IMG/VR virus record: IMGVR_UViG_3300014019_000001
Location: 52,400 to 116,399 of that record
Length of the DNA: 64,000 bases
Source: a virus
Taxonomy: Duplodnaviria; Caudoviricetes
Reading direction: 5' to 3' (one strand)
Shown here: positions 56,767 to 64,000 of the stretch, in pieces
Numbering within the stretch: position 1 is the first letter of the stretch
Layout: every line of letters begins with the position of its first letter
Position numbers and translations under genes: made by a program
Notes under the pieces: generated by a model
What the model was told of the DNA's origin: nothing
The model's database searches: none
What the model saw: the letters and a program-made list of their open reading frames with translations, nothing else

Positions 56767-58209
56767 TTACGCCGCGAATTTTTCCTTGTCCTCGATTTCG
56801 CCGGTCTTGTCGTCGCGGAACCGCTTGAAGCGGGGGTGACGAAGAGAGCCGTCGGGCGTGACCTCGTGGTATTCGACCTCGACCAGGCGACCGAGAAGCT
56901 TCATGCCTTCCGGGATCTCGTCCACGGTCAGATCGAAGCCTGGCTTGAAGCCGACATGAGGATCGTGAATGCCGATCGCTTTCGCGTCGTGCTGCCACAA
57001 CTGCCAAAGTTCCTCGCGGAGCTCGGCAGACAGACCACCGCCGACGCGCACCGAGACGCCTCTGCGATCGAGGATGATACCACCTGTCGTCTTCTCGTTG
57101 TCCTTGCCGACTTCGCCATTGTAGAAACCGATGATCGGCAGATCTTCGGTTTCCTCGGCCTTGATCTTGAGCCAGCCGTAGGACTTCTTCTTGTCGTAGA
57201 GCCCGTTCGGATCCTTGACCATCGCACCTTCAAGGCCGCGCGCCTGGAATTTGGCGTAGAGATCGTGAATCTCCTGGTGGCTGTTGACGAGGTATCGGGG
57301 CGTCTTGGTGATGATGGTGTCATCGGCGTGAGACACGAACGCGGCCACCAGGTTTCGACGTTCCATATAGGGCTTTCCGACAGAGCCGGTTGCGTCAAAA
57401 TCAGCGTAGCTCATCAGATCAAAGACGTTGAAGAGCGCGTCCTTGGCAACCTCGCTGGTGCGCCGAAGCGCGCCTGTCTCCGCGAAATTGTCGTTCACGG
57501 TCATTTCGCCGTCGACCATGAAATTGAGATCCTGGCGGGCATATCGCGCCAGATCGCCGGGACGTGTGGAGAGCGTGGAGCAAAGTTCCCGGTGGTTGTT
57601 GGCCTGGAGGGCTCTCAGCGCCGTCTCGATCATCGGTTCGACCAGGTGTTCGGCCGCCGGCGCGCGCTTGCCCGACCGAGTGAAGAAGCCGCCATTTCCG
57701 TTCCGACACAGGAACGTGAAACGATAGCCATCGAGCTTCGGCTCGACGACCTGGGGCCAGCTCTTGATGCGCTTTTCCTCGTAGTGGTGAGCGCGCATGA
57801 CGGCGAAGACCGGGATGAGATCCGGCATGACCTTCTGGATGGTCGATTCAGCGATCCCACAGCGCAGATCCTTGTTGAGGATGCGCCAGAGCAGCTCGTT
57901 CGCCGCCTCGTCCGACGCCTTGAGGCAAGTCGCGACCACATCGGCCGCCGCATTACCCGTCAGCTCACGCTGCGCCAGCTTCGTCAGGACGCTTTCCACG
58001 CCATTAATCTCGAATTCCAGCTTTTCGCCGAGGTTCGATGCATGCCGGGTCGGCTTGATGCCGTAGGTGATGAACGGATCGTATGCCCATTTCACCACGA
58101 AACGACCCATTTCGGACTCCAGGAGCTTCGCCAGCAGCGCCTCCTTGCCGTTTCGCGACCCTTCTGCCGCGATCTGCTCGATCAATTCGAGCGTTTCCTT
58201 GCCATTCAT
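56767..58209 (-). CDS. ATP-dependent DNA ligase
   Basis: EPKLDGYR, DGE, VFD, EGAMVK, WLKIK, SLRHPRF..FRDDK. Confidence 0.95.
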   Translation of the reverse strand: MNGKETLELIEQIAAEGSRNGKEALLAKLLESEMGRFVVKWAYDPFITYGIKPTRHASNLGEKLEFEINGVESVLTKLAQRELTGNAAADVVATCLKASDEAANELLWRILNKDLRCGIAESTIQKVMPDLIPVFAVMRAHHYEEKRIKSWPQVVEPKLDGYRFTFLCRNGNGGFFTRSGKRAPAAEHLVEPMIETALRALQANNHRELCSTLSTRPGDLARYARQDLNFMVDGEMTVNDNFAETGALRRTSEVAKDALFNVFDLMSYADFDATGSVGKPYMERRNLVAAFVSHADDTIITKTPRYLVNSHQEIHDLYAKFQARGLEGAMVKDPNGLYDKKKSYGWLKIKAEETEDLPIIGFYNGEVGKDNEKTTGGIILDRRGVSVRVGGGLSAELREELWQLWQHDAKAIGIHDPHVGFKPGFDLTVDEIPEGMKLLGRLVEVEYHEVTPDGSLRHPRFKRFRDDKTGEIEDKEKFAA

Positions 58210-58223
58210 ATGTAATCGCTTCC

Positions 58224-58775
58224 TTATGCGTTGATCGCCGCAACGAGGTTGCCGGTTGCGGCTGCTTCGTTGATGTTGGCGTTGGGCGTTGCGCTCTCGG
58301 CCGACTTGACCGGCTTGCGCCTGAGCGAGATCGCGGTTGTCTCGAAGGGCTGACCACGCCTCGAGGACTCGCCAGGTGCCGTCTTCAACTGCTCATCGAT
58401 GCGCTGATTGGCGGTGGCGAGAAGAGCGCGTTCAGCGTCCGGCACCCGAAGATCGTTGAGCACTGACTCCCGCATGAGAACGGGCCGGATGCGTTCCAGC
58501 ACAGGCTTCATGATCTTGCCCTCTTTCGGGGTCAGCGAGCCGTGGTGGTCGTTCGTCCAGGACTTATCGAAGCAATATTTCCGGACCATTTCGGCCGCCG
58601 GGCACTTGTTGCAGTGCATGGCCGCCTGACAGCCGCGTCGCACCTCGGGTGCGCGACCGGCCCAGACGAGATCACGAAGCTTCACGCATGCGCCCATGCG
58701 TGTCTTGGCGCCGAAGATCGGGCAGGTGAATGTAAACTGGTTGTCGTCCCGCAGGCTTTCGTAGACTGTCGGCAT
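58224..58775 (-). CDS. Cys-rich protein with C-terminal AAATGNLVAAINA motif
   Basis: CP...C...C...CNKCP. Confidence 0.75.
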   Translation of the reverse strand: MPTVYESLRDDNQFTFTCPIFGAKTRMGACVKLRDLVWAGRAPEVRRGCQAAMHCNKCPAAEMVRKYCFDKSWTNDHHGSLTPKEGKIMKPVLERIRPVLMRESVLNDLRVPDAERALLATANQRIDEQLKTAPGESSRRGQPFETTAISLRRKPVKSAESATPNANINEAAATGNLVAAINA

Positions 58776-59302
58776 CAGAATCTCCCAAATTTCGGATTAC
58801 CCTTCATCGACGCCAGCTCAGCCTCGCGCTGAGCAGCCTCGGCGCGCGCAACTGCGTCAGGGTCGATCGTGACGTGGCGCGTCTGATTGCCGATGAAATT
58901 GTCATCGTCGTCACGGTTGGACTCAGGCTCGCGCATGCCGTCTGTGCTGTAATTCGGGTCGAGGTGCTTGGCGTTCGCTGGCCCGATCTTCGGAAAGACA
59001 GTGCGCCCGATCACCAGCGGAAGCTGCGCGGCGCTCTCGACCGTAACGATCTTGGAATCGGTGAGACGGTAGCTCTTTGAGCCCGACTGACGATGATTGA
59101 GCTCCTTCTGGTAGTCGGCTTCCGCATCGATCTGACTCGGAAACGCCTTTACCCTCACCTGCCCCGTTGCGCCTTTCGCGCCCCAGCGGCGAATGACGAT
59201 TGCCCTGCCCTGCTTGTTCACCACGAGGGTCAGGAAATAGTCCTTCGTTCCGCCCTTATGGGACAAGGACGCCTTCACGACTTCCATAGGATATTCAGAC
59301 AT
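58775..59302 (-). CDS. WGR-domain protein with C-terminal PKFGRF motif
   Basis: KDY.L...RRWGAKGATGQ...AE..Y.K; ends MKGNPKFGRF. Confidence 0.75.
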   Translation of the reverse strand: MSEYPMEVVKASLSHKGGTKDYFLTLVVNKQGRAIVIRRWGAKGATGQVRVKAFPSQIDAEADYQKELNHRQSGSKSYRLTDSKIVTVESAAQLPLVIGRTVFPKIGPANAKHLDPNYSTDGMREPESNRDDDDNFIGNQTRHVTIDPDAVARAEAAQREAELASMKGNPKFGRF

Positions 59303-59380
59303 CGGTCTTCTCTCTCTTGCGCTATGCGCTTCTCTCAGCTTTCGTTATAGCGATCTCTGAAAGGGTCGATAACGAATTGA

Positions 59381-60505
59381 TTACTTACGAACTCGGGCAG
59401 CGTAAGGGTTCCGCAGGCGCCATTGGATATCTAGCGCCGGCGTCCAGACTTTCGCGTCCTGATAAGCGCGCACAACGACCTCCGGCAGCACCTCGTTGGG
59501 ATCCTTTCCGGCCGGGAGAAGCGCGACTTTCACGACGAGGCCGATACCCGTGAGAAGCTTCGCGGCGTTGAGAGCGGAAATCAGCGCTTTCTCCTCGCCG
59601 TCCCACATGATCGTGACCTGCTTCACACCCCTCGCTTTCAGCTTCGCAAAGCGCCCGAGCTGGTCGTTACCATCGAGCGAGCCATAGGAAAGATGCTTAC
59701 CGAATGAGCCGATCGGGACGACATGTCGAAGGGCTACCTCGCCATCGAAAGCAATCTTCATCGCCGCCACGTCAAAGAACCCCTCCCCCATCGCCACTTC
59801 CTGCGTGAGCAGAACATTCTGCCCGTTGAGCAGGAATCGACCGGTTCCGGGCAGCATCTTCGGAAAGAGATATTTCCTCTCCGTCAGCCCAAGGGCCTTT
59901 TGCTCGGGTGTCAGCGGCGGGTTCAAGTCGCGGCCTTGGAAGGTGACGAGTGTGCCGTCCAGATCGAAGACCGGAATGATCACGCGATTGTCGAAGGGCT
60001 GTCGCTTTTTCTGGCCGTCCTCCTCAAATTCCCACCAACCGAATTCGCAGTAGCGGAGCGAGAAGTATTTGGCGTATTCGGCCGTGACGCCGCGCTGCTC
60101 CAGATATTGAAGATTCGAACCATCCTCCGTCGGCATCTCCATGCTGAAGGGCAGCTTCACCTCGCCATGTTCAACAGCGACGGCAGTCGTTCGCTTGGGG
60201 CGCCAGCCCTGCTCTTTGAGAAGCTCCTGCGCCATGTCGAACGTCTCCCGCCACTCAAGCTGGAAATGCTCCTTGATGAATGAGAGCTTGGTGAAACTCG
60301 CGTTGCAGACGAAACAGTTCCCTCGCCCGGTCTCCGCATTGAGATAGACGCGCCAGCGACTGTCGCCGCAGGATGCGACCGGGCAATGCTTGGCGTTGAT
60401 CTGCATGCCCGAAACGCCGCGCGAGAGCTTGTAGGGAAGGCTCTCGCGCTCGAAAAGGAACTCCAGGTCGAGCTCCTTTTGGATTTCGTCAGCCTCGATC
60501 CGCAT
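59381..60505 (-). CDS. DNA primase (Zn finger plus TOPRIM)
   Basis: CP...C...CFVC, YLEQRG, RVIIP, FQGR, EGFFD, WDGE, KDPNE. Confidence 0.88.
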   Translation of the reverse strand: MRIEADEIQKELDLEFLFERESLPYKLSRGVSGMQINAKHCPVASCGDSRWRVYLNAETGRGNCFVCNASFTKLSFIKEHFQLEWRETFDMAQELLKEQGWRPKRTTAVAVEHGEVKLPFSMEMPTEDGSNLQYLEQRGVTAEYAKYFSLRYCEFGWWEFEEDGQKKRQPFDNRVIIPVFDLDGTLVTFQGRDLNPPLTPEQKALGLTERKYLFPKMLPGTGRFLLNGQNVLLTQEVAMGEGFFDVAAMKIAFDGEVALRHVVPIGSFGKHLSYGSLDGNDQLGRFAKLKARGVKQVTIMWDGEEKALISALNAAKLLTGIGLVVKVALLPAGKDPNEVLPEVVVRAYQDAKVWTPALDIQWRLRNPYAARVRK

Positions 60506-60507
60506 GA

Positions 60508-61839
60508 CTATTCCTTCTGCAGGATCTTGGTGAGGAACTGCATTTTCTGGCGATCCTGCCGGATGCGGAGAGTGAAGCCGTCTTCGGTGTTTCGCGACAG
60601 CGCCCAATACAGACGCGCCTCGCCTGCTTTCTTCTCGGCGTCCGTGGCGTTGATGCCAATCAGGATGTCGACGGTGCGCGCCTTATTCCAGTCGTCACCG
60701 ACGTCGGTGGCCTTGGCCGTAGCAGCCTTTGCGCCGTCACGGTTCGTCTGTGTGGCAGTGAGGAGTGCAGCATCGAACTCGTGCGCGATGGCGCGAAGGT
60801 CGATGTAGATGGTGCGAAGGTTCTCCTGGAGATTGTCTGAGCGATACTCTGCCGCCATGATATCGGCATAGTCGACCGTGATCAGGTCGAAGATGATGCC
60901 GTCATTGCGATACTCCTCGATGATGCGGTGAAGCTGCGAAGGCTTCAGCGTGCCGGAGGCGAAGTCGCGCATCTTGAATGCGCCGGCGTTCTTCTCCGCT
61001 GCTTGGATCTTGGCTTTCACCTGAGCGGGATCGACCGCCAGGTTCTTGATCATGGTGTCGGAGAGGGCAGCGTCGATACGCTCGGCGATGATCCACGACG
61101 CAACTTCGCAGGAGCCGTAGAAGGTGTTGAAGCCGGCCAGTGATGCGTTCTTCGTGAAGTCGCCGAGGCCGAGGGATTTACCGGCCTTGGCGGCGCCCAT
61201 CAGGCAAGAGAGCTCTCGCCGGCCCCATCCAGCATGGAAGAGATAGGCATCCATACCGGAATAGCCGGTCGTGATGCCGCGCTTGATCAGCTTGCCGGCC
61301 TTGATGTCCTCGCGGCGCTGCGTTCGGCTGTCGATCTCCTTCCAGTAGTCGTAGTCTTGGCTGTCGGTGGACGCGCCGACGGCGAGCGCGTTCTTCATGG
61401 CCTTTTCGATGGACTTCCAGTCCTTCTTCTCCAAAGCCGGAAGCGATTCCATGATCGCAGCCTCGACGGCCTGGTGGCGGGCAAAGTCGCGCACCTTGTC
61501 GAGCACGTAAGCGGAGTTGGAGAGGTCGACGCCCTTGCCGATCGCGCCCTTCACGACTGCGACGACTTCATCCTTCATGTCGAGCCGGATACGCTTGCTC
61601 GCGAACGCATCCTTGAGAAGCATCGGAAGGATCTTCGGATCGGGCGCGCTCTTGTAGGTCTTCAGGTGCTCCTGAACCATCGCGACCACGGCGCCGGAGG
61701 CGGCTTCAGTGAAATATTCCGGCTTGATCAGCTCCTTGGTGCGCATCGCGAACTGCGTGTCGCGCATGAACAGGTTCACCACCTTCTGCTGGAATGCCTG
61801 ATCGAACTCGTAAGTCTGCTGCTCCAGCTCCTCGCTCAC
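60508..61839 (-). CDS. Replicative SF4 helicase (DnaB/gp41-like)
   Basis: GAAKAGKS, VDYADIM, TATQTNR. Confidence 0.9.
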   Translation of the reverse strand: MSEELEQQTYEFDQAFQQKVVNLFMRDTQFAMRTKELIKPEYFTEAASGAVVAMVQEHLKTYKSAPDPKILPMLLKDAFASKRIRLDMKDEVVAVVKGAIGKGVDLSNSAYVLDKVRDFARHQAVEAAIMESLPALEKKDWKSIEKAMKNALAVGASTDSQDYDYWKEIDSRTQRREDIKAGKLIKRGITTGYSGMDAYLFHAGWGRRELSCLMGAAKAGKSLGLGDFTKNASLAGFNTFYGSCEVASWIIAERIDAALSDTMIKNLAVDPAQVKAKIQAAEKNAGAFKMRDFASGTLKPSQLHRIIEEYRNDGIIFDLITVDYADIMAAEYRSDNLQENLRTIYIDLRAIAHEFDAALLTATQTNRDGAKAATAKATDVGDDWNKARTVDILIGINATDAEKKAGEARLYWALSRNTEDGFTLRIRQDRQKMQFLTKILQKE

Positions 61840-62126
61840 TGGCGCACCTCGAAAGAAGTAAGCGCTGACTTATAAACCACGACAGCAAAAGACAGATCCG
61901 GCATGCCAGTCGGCAGAACCTTGATGGAGAACTGGTCGGCGGCGAGAAGCTCGCCATCGATGTTGGCGCCAGCAAGAGTGGTCAGCTTGATATGCTTGCC
62001 GATCGCGGCCATCAGATCGTCCTGATGGGTCCAGCGCTTCGGCTTGCTCTCCTTGAGGGTGAGGGTCTTGTTTTTGTTGGGGCGGAAGCCGTTCTCGCGA
62101 CGGCCATTCGAGCTGATATTGGGCAT
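61836..62126 (-). CDS. Hfq-like Sm-fold protein
   Basis: QD...G..IDG.L...DQFSI...VVYKSAL parallels the Hfq QD/G/DQF/VYKHAI pattern. Confidence 0.7.
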   Translation of the reverse strand: MPNISSNGRRENGFRPNKNKTLTLKESKPKRWTHQDDLMAAIGKHIKLTTLAGANIDGELLAADQFSIKVLPTGMPDLSFAVVVYKSALTSFEVRQ

Positions 62127-62141
62127 GAAACTGCTTTCTCT

Positions 62142-62157
62142 CGATTTAGCTAAATCG
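62142..62157. promoter_or_regulatory. Second palindromic operator type
   Basis: CGATTTAGCTAAATCG; core also at 44524-44535 and 9621-9632. Confidence 0.65.
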
Positions 62158-62181
62158 CGTTATAGCGAAAAAGCTGCGGAG

Positions 62182-62946
62182 TCAGTGAATATATGACTTC
62201 GCGTTTTCGAGAATGGCGGGGTTGATCACGCCGTCCTCAGCCCATGTGTTGATTTTCTGAAGCGGGAGAGCGTCCTCGTTGACGAAGCGACCGATCAGTT
62301 CGGCCGGATTACTCCGCAGCATGGCCTGCTTACGCAGCCATTCGTGGTAGTCATTCTGCGCCGGAAGTGCCTGGAAATTCTCGATCAGATAGGCTGGGTG
62401 GTCGCTCGTGTAGAGCCTTGCTTCCTGGAGCTCCGACCAGCGCTGCTGAACCCGATCCACCACGAGGTCGGAGTAGAGGTGCTGTGGTTGAGGCAAATAC
62501 GGCCGATTCCAGTAGCGCAGGCGATACTCGAAGGCGAGATCGAGATAGACCTCATAGGGCATGCCCAGGAGATCTGCCATCTGGCGACCGTGCCAGCAGG
62601 CTGTGAAGTGGGACTTCGCCTTCTTGTGCGTCGAGCTCTCCGGCGCATCGAGCCCGGCGAAGATGCTGTCGACGGAGATCGTGCGAACGTATTTCGCGGC
62701 GTTCACGTCGAGATTCTGGGCGTAATGGCTGCGAAAGGCGCCGTCGAAGGCTTGAATGTAGAGACGGGTCGCCTGAAGCGGCGACATGAAGCGGTAGTCG
62801 AACCACTTGTGAGTGAACAGGTCGGCCTCGAATTGAAGCGTTTTCTGGTTCTGGATGAATTTGAAGGCGACGAGATCGTCCTCCAAAGGCGAGGAGCGCA
62901 CCTCGATGTCGCCTTTGAAAATCGCCTCGTTAGTCTGCTGCATCAT
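62182..62946 (-). CDS. Hypothetical protein upstream of helicase operon
   Basis: KWFDYRFMSP, R..AD..GMPY, LP.P.HL. Confidence 0.75.
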   Translation of the reverse strand: MMQQTNEAIFKGDIEVRSSPLEDDLVAFKFIQNQKTLQFEADLFTHKWFDYRFMSPLQATRLYIQAFDGAFRSHYAQNLDVNAAKYVRTISVDSIFAGLDAPESSTHKKAKSHFTACWHGRQMADLLGMPYEVYLDLAFEYRLRYWNRPYLPQPQHLYSDLVVDRVQQRWSELQEARLYTSDHPAYLIENFQALPAQNDYHEWLRKQAMLRSNPAELIGRFVNEDALPLQKINTWAEDGVINPAILENAKSYIH

Positions 62947-63017
62947 GTCTGGACCATTCTCTTGCGTTGCTCAGAGAGATATAGCGAAACTAAGGAGGCG
63001 ATTACTTAGGTTTCGTG

Positions 63018-63776
63018 TCAGACCTCGCCTTCGTAGGCGTCAACGATGTCCTGGCAGAGGCCGGACCGAACGATTTCGCCGCGCGTGAAGGTGATGACGT
63101 CGACCTTGGCATGGTTGCCGATGCGTTGGGTCGCGTCCGTCAGGCCGGAGGATTTGCCGATCTTCTCGTCGATCTGGGAGACGTCGCCGTTGATGATGAA
63201 CTTGGCGTTCTCGCCGATGCGCGTCAGGAAAGCCTTGAACTCGGCCTTCGTGGCGTTCTGCATTTCGTCTGCAATCACCCAGGCATCCTTGAACGTGCGG
63301 CCACGGATGAACGCCAGCGGAATCGGCTCGATCTTGCCGGCCTTGAGGCAATAGTCGTAGTGGCCGGAGCCCAGCGCCTCGACGAAAGCCTCTTTCAACG
63401 GAATCAGATAGGGTTCGAACTTCTCGTTCAGCTCTCCGGGAAGGAAGCCCATCCCCTCCCCTACCTCGATCGCCGGGCGGGTCACGTAGATCTTCTTGAT
63501 CACGTCGGCTTTAAGAGCCTCGGCCGCCTTCTGAACTGCATACCAGGTTTTGCCCGTGCCGGCCGGGCCAACGCCGAACACGATATCCTTCGACTGGATG
63601 GCAGAGTCGTATCGCTTCTGACCCTTGGTGAGCGGCTTGACCGGCTCACGCCGAGCAGGCGTCGGGGCGTTCGGAAGGGACTGATCGAGGGACGCGACCA
63701 GCTTGGCGTGACTACGCGAGGCGTTTCGCTCGTCGCGACGGGTTTGACGGGCGACGGGCTTGCTCTTTTTTGCCAT
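63018..63776 (-). CDS. phoH: PhoH-like protein
   Basis: GPAGTGKT, GFLPG, RGRTF, DEMQN, LTRIG, GD..Q. Confidence 0.93.
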   Translation of the reverse strand: MAKKSKPVARQTRRDERNASRSHAKLVASLDQSLPNAPTPARREPVKPLTKGQKRYDSAIQSKDIVFGVGPAGTGKTWYAVQKAAEALKADVIKKIYVTRPAIEVGEGMGFLPGELNEKFEPYLIPLKEAFVEALGSGHYDYCLKAGKIEPIPLAFIRGRTFKDAWVIADEMQNATKAEFKAFLTRIGENAKFIINGDVSQIDEKIGKSSGLTDATQRIGNHAKVDVITFTRGEIVRSGLCQDIVDAYEGEV

Positions 63777-63887
63777 TCAGGAGGGCTCCAGCAGGGAGTG
63801 ACTAACTACCCGAATACTATAGCGGAAACCTTTGTAATAGGTAACTGATTACTTAATCTCGAAGGAGAATCATGCACGCCACAAGAA

Positions 63888-63908
63888 GGGGGGGGGGGGG
63901 GGGGGGGG
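63888..63908. repeat. Poly-G tract (21 nt), probable sequencing/assembly artefact
   Basis: Homopolymer at an abrupt switch of sequence type. Confidence 0.8.
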
Positions 63909-64000
63909 CGCCGCTTCAACAGGGCCAGGGCCGCGCGCCGCGCCGAGCGCGGGCCCATGCCCGGCAGCTTGGCCAGCAGGCTGATCAGCCGTTCGATTTC
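63909..64000 (-). CDS. recR: Fragment of chromosomal recR (N-terminal part)
   Basis: [31 protein letters not shown], cut off by the poly-G. Confidence 0.8.

Noticed and set aside
11272-63848. Long plus-strand ORFs (e.g. 11272-12756, 19664-21433, 25113-27617, 31160-33496, 51830-53698, 56836-58215)
   Set aside because: Antisense shadows of recognisable minus-strand genes in high-GC3 DNA; no motifs or RBS
4577-63855. Repeated 18-bp palindrome as CRISPR repeats or iterons
   Set aside because: Dispersed, degenerate and promoter-associated; no regular spacers and no cas genes
63909-64000. recR as a prophage attachment site
   Set aside because: Junction is a 21-nt homopolymer that truncates ORFs on both sides; no integrase or att core seen, so an artefact is more likely

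Overview
This is the early/replication half of a large GC-rich alphaproteobacterial (probably rhizobial) temperate phage that appears to be a phage-plasmid. Nearly all genes are on the minus strand. The replication and recombination set comprises DnaE with a C-terminal UDG-like domain, DnaQ, helicase, primase, SSB, RecA, UvsY-like, 5'-3' exonuclease, SbcCD, RuvC-like and ATP-dependent ligase. Nucleotide and NAD metabolism genes are class II RNR, glutaredoxin, ThyA, dUTPase, a kinase, two HD hydrolases, a MazG-like protein and Nampt plus NadM-Nudix. Also present are rIIA/rIIB, a CobS/CobT-like AAA+/vWA pair, PhoH, and a solo repABC-type repC with a ctRNA-like upstream region. No virion genes are in the window. 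Signals the gene list does not explain: (1) a ~730-nt ORF-poor, heavily base-paired RNA with its own promoter, running directly into an atypical long-variable-arm tRNA-Cys; (2) a shared C-terminal motif P[KN][FY]GRF on four unrelated proteins and a second shared tail, AAATGNxxAAINA, on two others; (3) about 28 copies of an 18-bp palindromic operator and about 18 copies of a non-standard CC-N11/12-GCTATA promoter; (4) host LexA and CtrA boxes at the left end; (5) two Sm/Hfq-like proteins. The last ~110 bp (poly-G followed by a recR fragment) look like an assembly chimera. All calls come from motif recognition by eye; no searches were run.
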